DNA of 64,000 nucleotides from Candidatus Eiseniibacteriota bacterium (GTDB taxonomy: Bacteria > Eisenbacteria > RBG-16-71-46 > CAZAMP01). How positions within the stretch are numbered: position 1 is the first letter of the stretch; every line of letters begins with the position of its first letter. Shown here in pieces: positions 35,791-44,865 of this stretch. Under the pieces are notes generated by a model. The model did not search any database. It was not told the DNA's origin and worked only from the letters and a program-made list of their open reading frames with translations. The DNA is taken from contig OZ245046.1 in the NCBI GenBank assembly GCA_965224245.1, positions 384,001 to 448,000 on the forward strand. Reading direction: 5' to 3'. Both the position numbers and the translations under genes were made by a program.

Positions 35791-36129
35791 CTATTCGGGG
35801 ACGGCCGACCCCTCCCCGGCACCGCGTCGCAGAACGTCGACGAGGTCGAATCGTTCGATCCGAGGCGGCTCGGTGACCGCGTAGGCGGCGGGTATCGACC
35901 GGCGCAGGTCCGACTCGAGAAAGGCGGTGAGTGCCTCCTCGGAGTCCCACAGGTAGATGCCCGCCCACTCGTCGGCGTCGGCGTCGTACGCGTAGTACTT
36001 CTGAACGAGACCCGTCAGCGCGCGGAACTGCGGCATCCGCTCCCTGGCGCGCGTCACGACCTCCTCGGGCGGGAGACTCGACTTGATGCCCTTGACGATC
36101 ATCATGATGGTGGGCTGCACGTCCGACAT
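35791..36129 (-). CDS. YdhR-like putative monooxygenase (dimeric alpha-beta barrel)
   Basis: GAGGAGG RBS; GLVQKYY...WAGIYLWDSEEA. Confidence 0.78.
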   Translation of the reverse strand: MSDVQPTIMMIVKGIKSSLPPEEVVTRARERMPQFRALTGLVQKYYAYDADADEWAGIYLWDSEEALTAFLESDLRRSIPAAYAVTEPPRIERFDLVDVLRRGAGEGSAVPE

Positions 36130-36369
36130 GTGTCCTCCTCGCGTCACGCGGCCGCTCGCCCCGACGCTTTCGTCGTGGCGATCCATCTCAGCCGATGCGA
36201 CGTGCCGCGGCCCGCGCCACCGCCGGTGTCGGGCCGTCGCCGGACCCGGATCCTGGCAGCCTCGATCACGATCGGCAACGGTCGTGGCGTCGATCCTCTC
36301 CAGGATCGTGTGTGATAGACTTTTTGGGTTCCGGGAATCAGCCGTCGCGCCACGCCGAGGGAGGAGTCC

Positions 36370-39186
36370 GTGCGTCCGCACCGTGCACTCGTCACGTCCG
36401 GTCGGTTCGTTCTCGCCCTCGCCGGACTCGTGGGCTCTTCCGAGGCATACGCCCCGAACTACGAGTCCCCGCACGTCCACCCGATCGACGCCACGTCGAC
36501 GCGGGTGCTCGTGATCAACACGCCCGACGCGCGCCTGTCCATCTTCGACGTGGTCGGCGACGACCTCGTGCTCGCCGACGAGGTGCGCGTCGGCATGGAG
36601 CCGATCACCGTCCGCGCACTCGACGACCAGACGGCGTGGGTCGTGAACCACCTCTCCGACGACGTCACCGTGGTCGACCTCGCCACGGGCTCGGTCGTGG
36701 CCACGATCGCGACCGGTGACGAGCCCGCCGACGTCGCGTTCGTGCCCGATCCCACGAGCGCGGGCGAGACGTGGGCCGTGATCTCGGTCAGCCAGGAGGA
36801 TCGCGTCCTCGTGGTAGAGGCCGACGCGCCGTTCACGGAGGTCGCGTCGCTCGACATCCGGGGCTCCGATCCGCGCGCCCTCGTCGTGGACGGGACGCGC
36901 GTCTGGGTGGCGGTGTTCGAGAGCGGCAACAAGACCACGATCATCCAGCGCGCGCTGAAGGAGTCGGGACCCTGGTCCCACCTCGATCCGCCGCTGCCTC
37001 CGATCGTCCCTCCGCTGAATCCCGATCTGCCCGACAGCCTCCTGCCGGACAACAGCGTGATCGTCCGGAAGAGCGGCGGCGACTGGCTCGACGAGCAGGG
37101 CGGCAACTGGAACTCCGTCGTCACCTGGGACACCTCCGATGCCGACCTGGTCGCGATCGACTGCTCGGTCTCCCCGCCGGCGATCGGCGCCACCGTCTCC
37201 GGGGTCGGGACGCTGCTCTACGACGTCGTGCGCGATCCCGACACGGGCGATCTCTGGGTCATGAACACCGAGGCGCACAACGAGATCTACTTCGAGTCGA
37301 AGCTGACGGGCAACGCGGTGCGAAACCACATCACCCGCGTGAACCCCACGACGCTGGCCACGACCGTGTACTCGCTGAACACGCACGTCGACGTCGGGGC
37401 CCCGGGCTCGCCGACCCCGCCGAGCGCGCCGGCGCTACGGCTCGACTCGATCGCGCTCCCGAACGACGCCGTCGTCTCGGATGCGGCCGGCGCGGACGAG
37501 CTGTACGTGACCGGCATGGGAGGCACCAGGGTCGCCGTGGTCGATCCCGGCACCGGCACGGTCAGCCGCCGCCTTCCGGTCTCCCGTGGCGCGAGCGGGA
37601 TAGCGCGGGTACCGGGAAGCACGCGCCTCGTCGTGGTCAATCGGTTCGATCACGCGCTGGAGCTCGTCGATCCGATGACCGGACTCGTGGGGTCGGCGGC
37701 CATCGGACGCTCGGCCTTCGATCCCACGGCACCGCAGGTGAAGGTGGGACGCGAGCACCTGTACTCCGCGGAGCACTCGGCCCACGGCACCTTCTCGTGC
37801 GCGTCGTGTCACGCGCACGGCAACTTCGATCAGCTCGCCTGGGATCTGGGCGACCCCACCGGCGAGCTGGTTCAGCTCGACCCCGAGGACAACGGTGGCG
37901 AGGAGATCGCCCCGTTCCATCCGCTGAAGGGCCCCATGATGACGCAGACGCTGCGCGGGCTGGCCGACCTCGGGCTTCTGCACTGGCGGGGGGATCGACT
38001 CGATTTCACGGCGTTCAATCCCGCCTTCGCGAGCCTCCTCGGCGGGACCGAGCTCTCGTCGACCGAGATGCTCGCGTTCGAGGAGTTCGGGCTCTCGATC
38101 GAGTATCCGCCCAACCCACTGATCGGCCTGGACGACTCGCCGCCGTCGGTGGTCATGGACGGCTCGCCGTCGGTGGGACGGGTGCTCTTCGACACCGAGA
38201 ACGACGGCTTCTGCGTGGACTGCCATGCACACCCGCGAGGGACCACCGGGTTCGCGGCGCCGATCGACACCGTGGACGGTCTCGGCAATCAGCCGATGAA
38301 GATCGCCCAGCTTCGAAACCTGTACGAGAAGATCGGGTTCGAGAGTCTCACCGCGCAGGACAACAAGCTCGGCTTCGGCTACTTCCACGACGGATCCGAT
38401 CACGACCTGGCCGACTTCCTCCTGTTCTTCCTCGGGTTCTACACCGCGCCGCAGCTCGTCGACATCCAGGCATTCCTGCTCACGTTTCCCACGGGCACGC
38501 ACGGCGGCACCGGCCACCACTTCGCGGTCGACGAGACGAACCGCTTCGACTCCGACATCCTCGATCGGTACACGACGCTGGAGGCCGAGGCCGACGCGGC
38601 CCGACTCGATCTCATCGCGACCACTCGCACCGCCGAGGGGCCGCGGGGCTTCTACCGAAGCACGGGCAGCTATCAGAGCGACCGCATCGGGGAGGAGTGG
38701 ACGTTCACCGATCTCTCCGATCTCGCGGGCACCGGCACCACCGTCTCGTTCATGGCGGTTCCGGTGGGGCAGGGCATCCGGATGGCGATCGACCGCGACG
38801 AGGACGGCTACTACGATCGCACCGAGCTGGACTTCGGCTCCGATCCCGCCGACCCGTCCAGCGTGCCGACGCTCGACGTGGACGAGCCCTTCTCGTCACT
38901 GTTGCCGGGGCTCAGCCGGATCACCCGCGCGTTTCCGGTTCCGTTCCACACGAGGGTGTCGGTGAACGCATACGTCGGGGAGAGCGGCTGGACCGACGTC
39001 TCGGTCTTCGACGTCGGAGGCCGGCGCGTCAGGCGGCTCGTCGGTGGCCATCGCGAGGCGGGGCGTCTGGATGTCCAGTGGGACGGTCGCGACGACGCGG
39101 GGCGGGAGGTCGCGGCCGGCACGTACATCCTCGGGCTCCGGACCGCCAGCGCCGTCCACGCGCGGAAGATCATCCGCGTGAACTGA
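36370..39186 (+). CDS. Secreted YVTN beta-propeller + di-heme cytochrome c (bCcP/MauG-like) protein with FlgD-Ig CTD
   Basis: GGAGGAG RBS; VGMEP/VVNHLSDDVTVVD propeller; CASCH and CVDCH; KGPMMTQTLRG, HWRGDR; PVPFHT..WDGRD. Confidence 0.85.
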   Translation: MRPHRALVTSGRFVLALAGLVGSSEAYAPNYESPHVHPIDATSTRVLVINTPDARLSIFDVVGDDLVLADEVRVGMEPITVRALDDQTAWVVNHLSDDVTVVDLATGSVVATIATGDEPADVAFVPDPTSAGETWAVISVSQEDRVLVVEADAPFTEVASLDIRGSDPRALVVDGTRVWVAVFESGNKTTIIQRALKESGPWSHLDPPLPPIVPPLNPDLPDSLLPDNSVIVRKSGGDWLDEQGGNWNSVVTWDTSDADLVAIDCSVSPPAIGATVSGVGTLLYDVVRDPDTGDLWVMNTEAHNEIYFESKLTGNAVRNHITRVNPTTLATTVYSLNTHVDVGAPGSPTPPSAPALRLDSIALPNDAVVSDAAGADELYVTGMGGTRVAVVDPGTGTVSRRLPVSRGASGIARVPGSTRLVVVNRFDHALELVDPMTGLVGSAAIGRSAFDPTAPQVKVGREHLYSAEHSAHGTFSCASCHAHGNFDQLAWDLGDPTGELVQLDPEDNGGEEIAPFHPLKGPMMTQTLRGLADLGLLHWRGDRLDFTAFNPAFASLLGGTELSSTEMLAFEEFGLSIEYPPNPLIGLDDSPPSVVMDGSPSVGRVLFDTENDGFCVDCHAHPRGTTGFAAPIDTVDGLGNQPMKIAQLRNLYEKIGFESLTAQDNKLGFGYFHDGSDHDLADFLLFFLGFYTAPQLVDIQAFLLTFPTGTHGGTGHHFAVDETNRFDSDILDRYTTLEAEADAARLDLIATTRTAEGPRGFYRSTGSYQSDRIGEEWTFTDLSDLAGTGTTVSFMAVPVGQGIRMAIDRDEDGYYDRTELDFGSDPADPSSVPTLDVDEPFSSLLPGLSRITRAFPVPFHTRVSVNAYVGESGWTDVSVFDVGGRRVRRLVGGHREAGRLDVQWDGRDDAGREVAAGTYILGLRTASAVHARKIIRVN

Positions 39187-39613
39187 TCGGCTCCACACAG
39201 TCCACGCGAGCCGTCGCCGACAGGCGGCAGATCATCACCGTGCCCACGCCCGCCGCGATCACCAGCACCGGTGCGATCACGGGCGCCGTGTGGAGAATGC
39301 GGATCAGCGACGCCGCCACTCCGATCCACATCGCGGCCAGTGTGACGACCTTCGCGCGCGTCGGCATGCGTCGCTCGTGCGCCATCCGGATGTACGCCCC
39401 GAGATGCCGGTTCTCCACGAGCCTGGCGTGCAGGCGCGGGGAGCTGCGCGCGAACAGGTAGGCAGCCAGAAGCAGGAACACCGTCGTGGGAAGACCGGGA
39501 ACGAAGATCCCGATCACGCCCAGCGCGACGCAGACGAGGCCCACGCCGGCCAGAACCAGAGACTGCGCCCGACGAACGGACGTGGCGGCGATGCTGGACT
39601 TCGCGGTGAGCAT
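39170..39613 (-). CDS. YbaN/DUF454 family inner-membrane protein
   Basis: LGVIGIFVPGLPTTVFLLLAAYLFARSSPRLH. Confidence 0.88.
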   Translation of the reverse strand: MLTAKSSIAATSVRRAQSLVLAGVGLVCVALGVIGIFVPGLPTTVFLLLAAYLFARSSPRLHARLVENRHLGAYIRMAHERRMPTRAKVVTLAAMWIGVAASLIRILHTAPVIAPVLVIAAGVGTVMICRLSATARVDCVEPISSRG

Positions 39614-39635
39614 GGCGTCGGCTCCCTGGTGACGG

Positions 39636-39674
39636 AGAAGAAAGGACCGTGGCGCCCGGAAGAGGGCGCCACGG
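39636..39674 (-). terminator. Rho-independent terminator after mddA
   Basis: CCGTGGCGCCC-6 nt-GGGCGCCACGG hairpin followed by TCCTTTCTTCT on the minus strand. Confidence 0.6.
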
Positions 39675-39685
39675 GGAGGCGCTGG

Positions 39686-40453
39686 CTACGCGGCCCGGCT
39701 CGCCGCGGCGGCGGCGGTCCGGCGCGAGGACTTCAGGCCCGGGATCAGCATCGGAACGCGACGGCGATACTGCCGGTAGCTGTCACCATGCTCGTCGATC
39801 AGGTTCCGCTCCTCGAGCTGGATGGCCACGAGGATGTAGGCGGTGGTCATGATCGCAAACAGGAGGTGTGCCGCCGTCATGGTCGGCGTGGCCCAGAAGA
39901 TCATCAGCCAGCCCACGTACAGCGGATGGCGCACGATGCGATAGAGCCACGGCGTCTTGAACGTGGGATGCGTATACTCACGCCCGCGAAGGTGCAGCCA
40001 CACCTGACGGAGTCCGAACAGATCGAAGTGATCGATCAGGAACGTCGACAGGAGAAGCAGCGCCCAGCCGAAGCCGTACAATGAGTACATGACGGCCTTG
40101 CCGGCCGAGCTCGTGATGGTCCAGATCGATCCGCCCATCGGCTCCCAGAGGGCGAACAGCGCGATGAGGGCCAGGCTCGAGAACAGCGTGTAGGTGGAAC
40201 GTTCCAGGTGAACCGGGACGATCCGCGTCCACGCCCGCTTGAACGTCGGGCGCGCCATCACGCTGTGCTGGACCGCGAACAGGGACAACAGTCCCAGGTT
40301 GATCAGGAGCGCTCGACCCACGTCGGCCGTCGGCGCGTGATCGAGACCCGTCGGTACCGCGAAGTTCCCGACGAAACCGATCGCGTAGAGGAACGTGGCG
40401 AGGAAGACCCCGTAACTGACCACACCGTAGAGGAACGAAAGTGCGCGGCTCAT
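39686..40453 (-). CDS. mddA: Methanethiol S-methyltransferase (ICMT-family membrane methyltransferase)
   Basis: YAIGFVGN, FAVQHSVMARP.FK, ERSTY, TFLIDHFDLFGLRQ, VRHPLYVGW, EERNL. Confidence 0.82.
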   Translation of the reverse strand: MSRALSFLYGVVSYGVFLATFLYAIGFVGNFAVPTGLDHAPTADVGRALLINLGLLSLFAVQHSVMARPTFKRAWTRIVPVHLERSTYTLFSSLALIALFALWEPMGGSIWTITSSAGKAVMYSLYGFGWALLLLSTFLIDHFDLFGLRQVWLHLRGREYTHPTFKTPWLYRIVRHPLYVGWLMIFWATPTMTAAHLLFAIMTTAYILVAIQLEERNLIDEHGDSYRQYRRRVPMLIPGLKSSRRTAAAAASRAA

Positions 40454-40566
40454 CGGATTCACTCCAGTATTCGGGTTTGGTTTCTCTGACGGACACCCAA
40501 CCGTTCGAATCCCGGACCCGAAACCTGCAACGGCTCGGGGCGTGCCCCCCCAGCCGACTCCGACGT

Positions 40567-40598
40567 GTATCACAAGATATTGCACTGTAATGAAATAC
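40567..40598. promoter_or_regulatory. AT-rich palindromic site upstream of mddA
   Basis: ATTGCA-C-TGTAAT core (40579-40591) inside an AT-rich island. Confidence 0.5.
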
Positions 40599-40804
40599 GG
40601 CGGACGCCGGAGGCCCCGGAGAACGGACCCGGGCCCCGCCGGGGCGCCCCGGTGGCGATCGGGCGCGGTCGGGTTAGACTCCGTTCCTCGAGCGAACGAC
40701 CCCCTCGCCGCCGGTGTCGACGGCATTCCTGCGGCGCGCCCCCCGGCGGGAAGAGAGACCCGAGCGTCGGGACGGACACACCTACGACGGAGGACTCGCG
40801 AGAC

Positions 40805-41203
40805 ATGGGTAGAGGCCGATACGGAGAGCGACGCGACGGCGTCCAGAAGATCTGGTACGTCGAGCGTCTGTGGACGCTCGCCGAGCCGCTGCCGGTCGAG
40901 GAGGTCGCGATCGCCGACATCCGGGGACCGGACGAGGTGACCTGGTTCCATCCGGACGGTCCGCATCCGACGTGTCGCGCGATCGCCGAGCACTGCCGCC
41001 GCATCAACGAGGTGGACACGAGCTATCCGATCCTGCTCACCGAGGACCGCTGCGTGTTCGACGGCATGCATCGAATCGCGCGGTGCCTGATGGAAGGGCG
41101 CGCCACCATCCGGGCCAAGCGGTTCCCGACCAATCCGGAGCCCGACGAGGTTCACCGGATCGCGCCGCCGGGAGGTGACGACACCGCCCCGGATGCGCGG
41201 TGA
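40805..41203 (+). CDS. Small ParB/Srx-like domain protein
   Basis: GGAGG RBS; W.VERLW, YPILL...VFDGMHRIAR. Confidence 0.7.
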   Translation: MGRGRYGERRDGVQKIWYVERLWTLAEPLPVEEVAIADIRGPDEVTWFHPDGPHPTCRAIAEHCRRINEVDTSYPILLTEDRCVFDGMHRIARCLMEGRATIRAKRFPTNPEPDEVHRIAPPGGDDTAPDAR

Positions 41204-41233
41204 AGATCCACCACGCCGGTCCGGGTCGTTTCC

Positions 41234-41260
41234 TGCAACCGGGCGGCGTTCCGAGCGTAT
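41234..41260 (+). promoter_or_regulatory. ECF-type promoter upstream of the trypsin-like protease
   Basis: TGCAAC-16 nt-CGTAT (the AAC/CGT pattern of ECF promoters). Confidence 0.5.
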
Positions 41261-41306
41261 GCGAACGACATCCCCTCCCGCCCGGCGTCACGACCCGGAG
41301 ATCTCC

Positions 41307-42545
41307 ATGCGAATCGGTCTGATCCTGATGCTGTCCCTGCTCGTCGTCTCCAGCGGCCGCGCGATCGTCGTGCGTCACGATCGCGCCGACGCCGACTTCC
41401 TGACGTCGTCGGCGGAGTTTCCGATGGTGGCGCGGGTCGGCGCCGCGATGGGCACCCTGATCGCGCCTCGCTGGGTGCTGACCGCCGCGCACGTGGCCGA
41501 CGGCGTCTCGACCGGTGTCGGTGACGTCCGCTTCGGGGACCACGCGGTCGCCGTCGCCGACGTCTACGTTCATCCCGACTACGCGCGCGGCGAGGACCAT
41601 CGCGACCTGGCGCTGATCGAGCTGGTCGAGCCGATCGACGGCATCGTTCCCGTGTCCGTCCATCGCGAACCCGACGAGCTCGGGCGCCGGATGACGCTGG
41701 TGGGTACCGGTATCGCCGGCACCGGTCTCACGGGGCCCGCGGGAGAGGGCGGAACCTGGCGACGCGCTCGGAACGTCGTCGATGGAGTGCAACCGGGCTG
41801 GCTCTCGCTCCGGTTCGACGCACCGCCGGACGGCGACGACCTGGAAGGGATCAGCGGGCCGGGAGACAGCGGAGGACCGGCACTCGTTCGCGTCGGCGAG
41901 GCGTGGCACGTGGCCGGCGTGAGCGCCTACAACGACGGCGGCGAGCTGTGCCGGTACGGGACCGTCGATCACTACTCGCGAGTCGCGGACGAGGTCGACT
42001 GGATCGAGGCGGTCATGCGGGGTGACGTCGCCCCGGGACGAGCGCCGGGCGTGCTCCGGTACGGCAAGACCGCGGACGGTCAGACGACCGTCACCCGCGA
42101 GGAGATCACGAGCACGTCGGTTTCATCCCGAGAGGACGTCGAGACCTGGGACGTGGTCGCCGCGCTGTCCGCGAGCCTCCAGGACGAGGATACCGGTGCC
42201 TACGAGGCGCTGTTCGCGGACGCATACCTCGCGCGACGGCGCAGCACCGGGGATCCGCTCGCCGCGGTGCATGCCTTCATGCGGGACGTGATCGGCGTTC
42301 ACGGCGCCATCACCGGGTTCCATGCGCTCTCCGGCGAGGCGTTCGAGATCCCCGAGTCCGCGCATCCGCTTCGTGCGGTCACGTTTCATCTCGCCGATGG
42401 CACATCGGGCTACGTCGGCCTTGCGATCGACGATGACGGCAAGATCGACCACCTGTCCCTGTTCGTTCAGCCGGGGATCTGTCGGAAGCCGCACCCGTGT
42501 CCACTGTCGAGATCGCTGGACGAGAGACGACCCGGGGGACGGTGA
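41307..42545 (+). CDS. Secreted trypsin-like serine protease (S1) with an extra C-terminal domain
   Basis: Signal peptide; LTAAHV, DLALIEL, GDSGGP catalytic triad. Confidence 0.9.
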   Translation: MRIGLILMLSLLVVSSGRAIVVRHDRADADFLTSSAEFPMVARVGAAMGTLIAPRWVLTAAHVADGVSTGVGDVRFGDHAVAVADVYVHPDYARGEDHRDLALIELVEPIDGIVPVSVHREPDELGRRMTLVGTGIAGTGLTGPAGEGGTWRRARNVVDGVQPGWLSLRFDAPPDGDDLEGISGPGDSGGPALVRVGEAWHVAGVSAYNDGGELCRYGTVDHYSRVADEVDWIEAVMRGDVAPGRAPGVLRYGKTADGQTTVTREEITSTSVSSREDVETWDVVAALSASLQDEDTGAYEALFADAYLARRRSTGDPLAAVHAFMRDVIGVHGAITGFHALSGEAFEIPESAHPLRAVTFHLADGTSGYVGLAIDDDGKIDHLSLFVQPGICRKPHPCPLSRSLDERRPGGR

Positions 42546-42566
42546 CGCTCGGGGAGACGCAGGCGC

Positions 42567-43223
42567 CTACTCGCCGGAGGCCTCCTCGCCGGAGGCCCCC
42601 TGGCCGGTGATGTCCGCGCCGGTGGTGTCCGCTCCGGCCGCCTCGCCAGGCGCGGCGCCCGCCCGCAGGAGCGTGCCGATCTCTTCGACCCGCGCGATCA
42701 TGTCCGGCGTCTCGGGATCGATCTCGGCCATGCGGGTCTGGACCTTCTCCTGGAAGCCCGCGAGCTCCGCGGCGATCGCCTCGTCGCTCAACGCATCGGC
42801 TTGAAGCTGCTGCAGACCGGTCTGGAGGGCATTGCCCTCGGCTGTGATCGTACGGGCGGCCTCTTCGTCACCCGTCTGACGCGCGTTCATCAGATCCTGC
42901 CCGAGCGACTGCAGCCGGCTCTGCTTCTCGCGGAGCTCGGGATCGGCGGCCAGCATGTGTCCCTCGACGCGGTCCTGTAGAGACGTGTACGCGGCACGGA
43001 GCGAATCGTCGGTCATCGCCCGTTCCTGAACCTGCGCCAGGCGCTGCTGGATCTGCTGATACTCGGCCATGAGCGCGCCCGGGCCGCTTCCCGCGTCGGG
43101 CTCACCCGGGGTGGCATACGGCCGGGAGTCGGCGTCGGCGGACGGCAAATCGGAATCGGAGCCCGAACAGCTCGTGAGGATGAGTGCCAGGAGGGACGTC
43201 GAGATCACGAGCGACGAACGCAT
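42567..43223 (-). CDS. Coiled-coil lipoprotein
   Basis: Lipobox LTSC; Gln/Glu-rich helical body. Confidence 0.7.
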   Translation of the reverse strand: MRSSLVISTSLLALILTSCSGSDSDLPSADADSRPYATPGEPDAGSGPGALMAEYQQIQQRLAQVQERAMTDDSLRAAYTSLQDRVEGHMLAADPELREKQSRLQSLGQDLMNARQTGDEEAARTITAEGNALQTGLQQLQADALSDEAIAAELAGFQEKVQTRMAEIDPETPDMIARVEEIGTLLRAGAAPGEAAGADTTGADITGQGASGEEASGE

Positions 43224-43430
43224 GGGGATGACTCCCGTCGGTTCCGGAATGCGGACGCGACGTGAGTGCTCGCCCGGAGGATCGCCCGCGAAGACTCCGA
43301 GTGCCGGGGGAGTGTAGCGGATGCGGCTCGAGAACCCGAGGACCATCCGGGACGGTTGGCGGGCGCCGCGTCACGACCGTCCGCCGTTCGATTCCTCGCG
43401 TGGCGAGCCGCATTCACCGGCGCGACGTCG

Positions 43431-44486
43431 CTATCGGATCACGGTGACGGATCGAACGATGGCCGGCGCGCGCTCACTCGAGAGGCGCACCCGGTAGACG
43501 CCGGACGCGAGCCGTGCCGGCGGCCGCCACGCAACGCGACCGGTCACCGCCGGCGCGATCCCGTCGACGAGGTGGGCGACCTCCCGCCCCCGCGCATCGT
43601 AGATGCGAAGATCGACGGCGCCTCCGCGCGGAGCCTCCCAGCCGATCCATACGCTCTCGCGAACGGGATTCGACGAGAGCTGGAGGATCGGTGTCGACGG
43701 CGGTGCCGGTGCGTTCGTCGGGGCTCCCAGGATCTCGTCGCTGGATGCCGCGAAGTCGTCGAACACGACGTGGGTCGAATCTCGCGTGCCGTTGTTCTGA
43801 AGTGATAGCCAGACCCGTGCCTCGGCGCCCATCGTGAAGCTCTGCGTGTGAATCAGCGCGCCGTCGAAGTAGCCCGAGAGCGTCGAGCCCGTGCGCTCGA
43901 TGCGAAAGTGACCTTCGGTGGCGGTCACCGCACGCGTGCCCGCCCAGCCGGTTGGGGGAACGACGAAGACGTGGACGTTGTGTCCGAAGTGCGACTCGTC
44001 GCTCCGGACCAGGCTGAAGGCCACGCCGTCCAGCGCCACGTTCAGCTGCACCTGGTTTCCCGGCATGCCGTCGATGCGATCGACCAGCGCCTCGGTGAAG
44101 AGAACCTCCACCGAGAAGTCCCCCAGGAGAGGCGGGCGAAACGACACCTGCTGGATCTGCAACGCGTAGTCGCCGCCGACCGGCTTCGAGATCTCGACGG
44201 CTCCATCGGTGTCGTCGACCACGTAGAGCGGTTGATCGGTCGAGAGCTCCCAGAACGCGGGGTCGAGCCCGCTCGCGAAGTCGTCGTCGTAGGTGTCCGC
44301 CGGCACGGGCTCCGGCCATGCCGTGGCCGCCAGCGCCAGCGCTAGCGCCACGATCACGAATCGCGTCGCCGGGTGACCCGAGCGGGGAGACGCAGGGGAC
44401 GGAATGCGGCGGGGCGCTCCCGCCTGGATGAACGTGGCGTCGCGCCGAGCGCGCGGTCCGTCGAGATCGGGGCTCCTCGTCGGCAT
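43431..44486 (-). CDS. Secreted ConA/LamG-like domain protein with FlgD-Ig-like CTD (start uncertain)
   Basis: Hydrophobic signal; DDF..LDP..W, GDFSVEV, FRIERTGSTLSGYFDG; SSNPVRE..YDARGREV..LASGVYRVRL. Confidence 0.75.
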   Translation of the reverse strand: MPTRSPDLDGPRARRDATFIQAGAPRRIPSPASPRSGHPATRFVIVALALALAATAWPEPVPADTYDDDFASGLDPAFWELSTDQPLYVVDDTDGAVEISKPVGGDYALQIQQVSFRPPLLGDFSVEVLFTEALVDRIDGMPGNQVQLNVALDGVAFSLVRSDESHFGHNVHVFVVPPTGWAGTRAVTATEGHFRIERTGSTLSGYFDGALIHTQSFTMGAEARVWLSLQNNGTRDSTHVVFDDFAASSDEILGAPTNAPAPPSTPILQLSSNPVRESVWIGWEAPRGGAVDLRIYDARGREVAHLVDGIAPAVTGRVAWRPPARLASGVYRVRLSSERAPAIVRSVTVIR

Positions 44487-44865
44487 CGGAATCCTCGCTT
44501 TCCGGGTCGATCCACGGATGCGGGCGGGCCGCGTTGCCCGCCGGCGTCCGTACCAACGCCGGAAATCGGAGAACCGAACATGCGCGGGCCGAAGTCGCAT
44601 ATCCGGTTCCGGCCCAACGCTTTGGGGCGGCCCTCGTGGCCCCGGTCACTCCACGCACACCGGATGGCGGTCACCCGATCGGTCGGAGTGCCGGATCACC
44701 GCCGGACGTGGGGCGATCCGGCTGCCGGCCGTGGCCGGGCGGCCGGATTGGGGAGCGAGGAGCCCCAGATGGGCAGCCCGATCCCGCCGCGCGCCACGAG
44801 GCAGGGCCGCACGGCCGGCACGTCACTTGCGAGGACACAGGTGACTGCTTAAAGGAGTGTATCGC

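Noticed and set aside
43300-43380. GGGGAGTGTAGC.. as a tRNA start
   Set aside because: No cloverleaf or TTCGA arm at the right spacing; more likely a minus-strand TACACT -10 box
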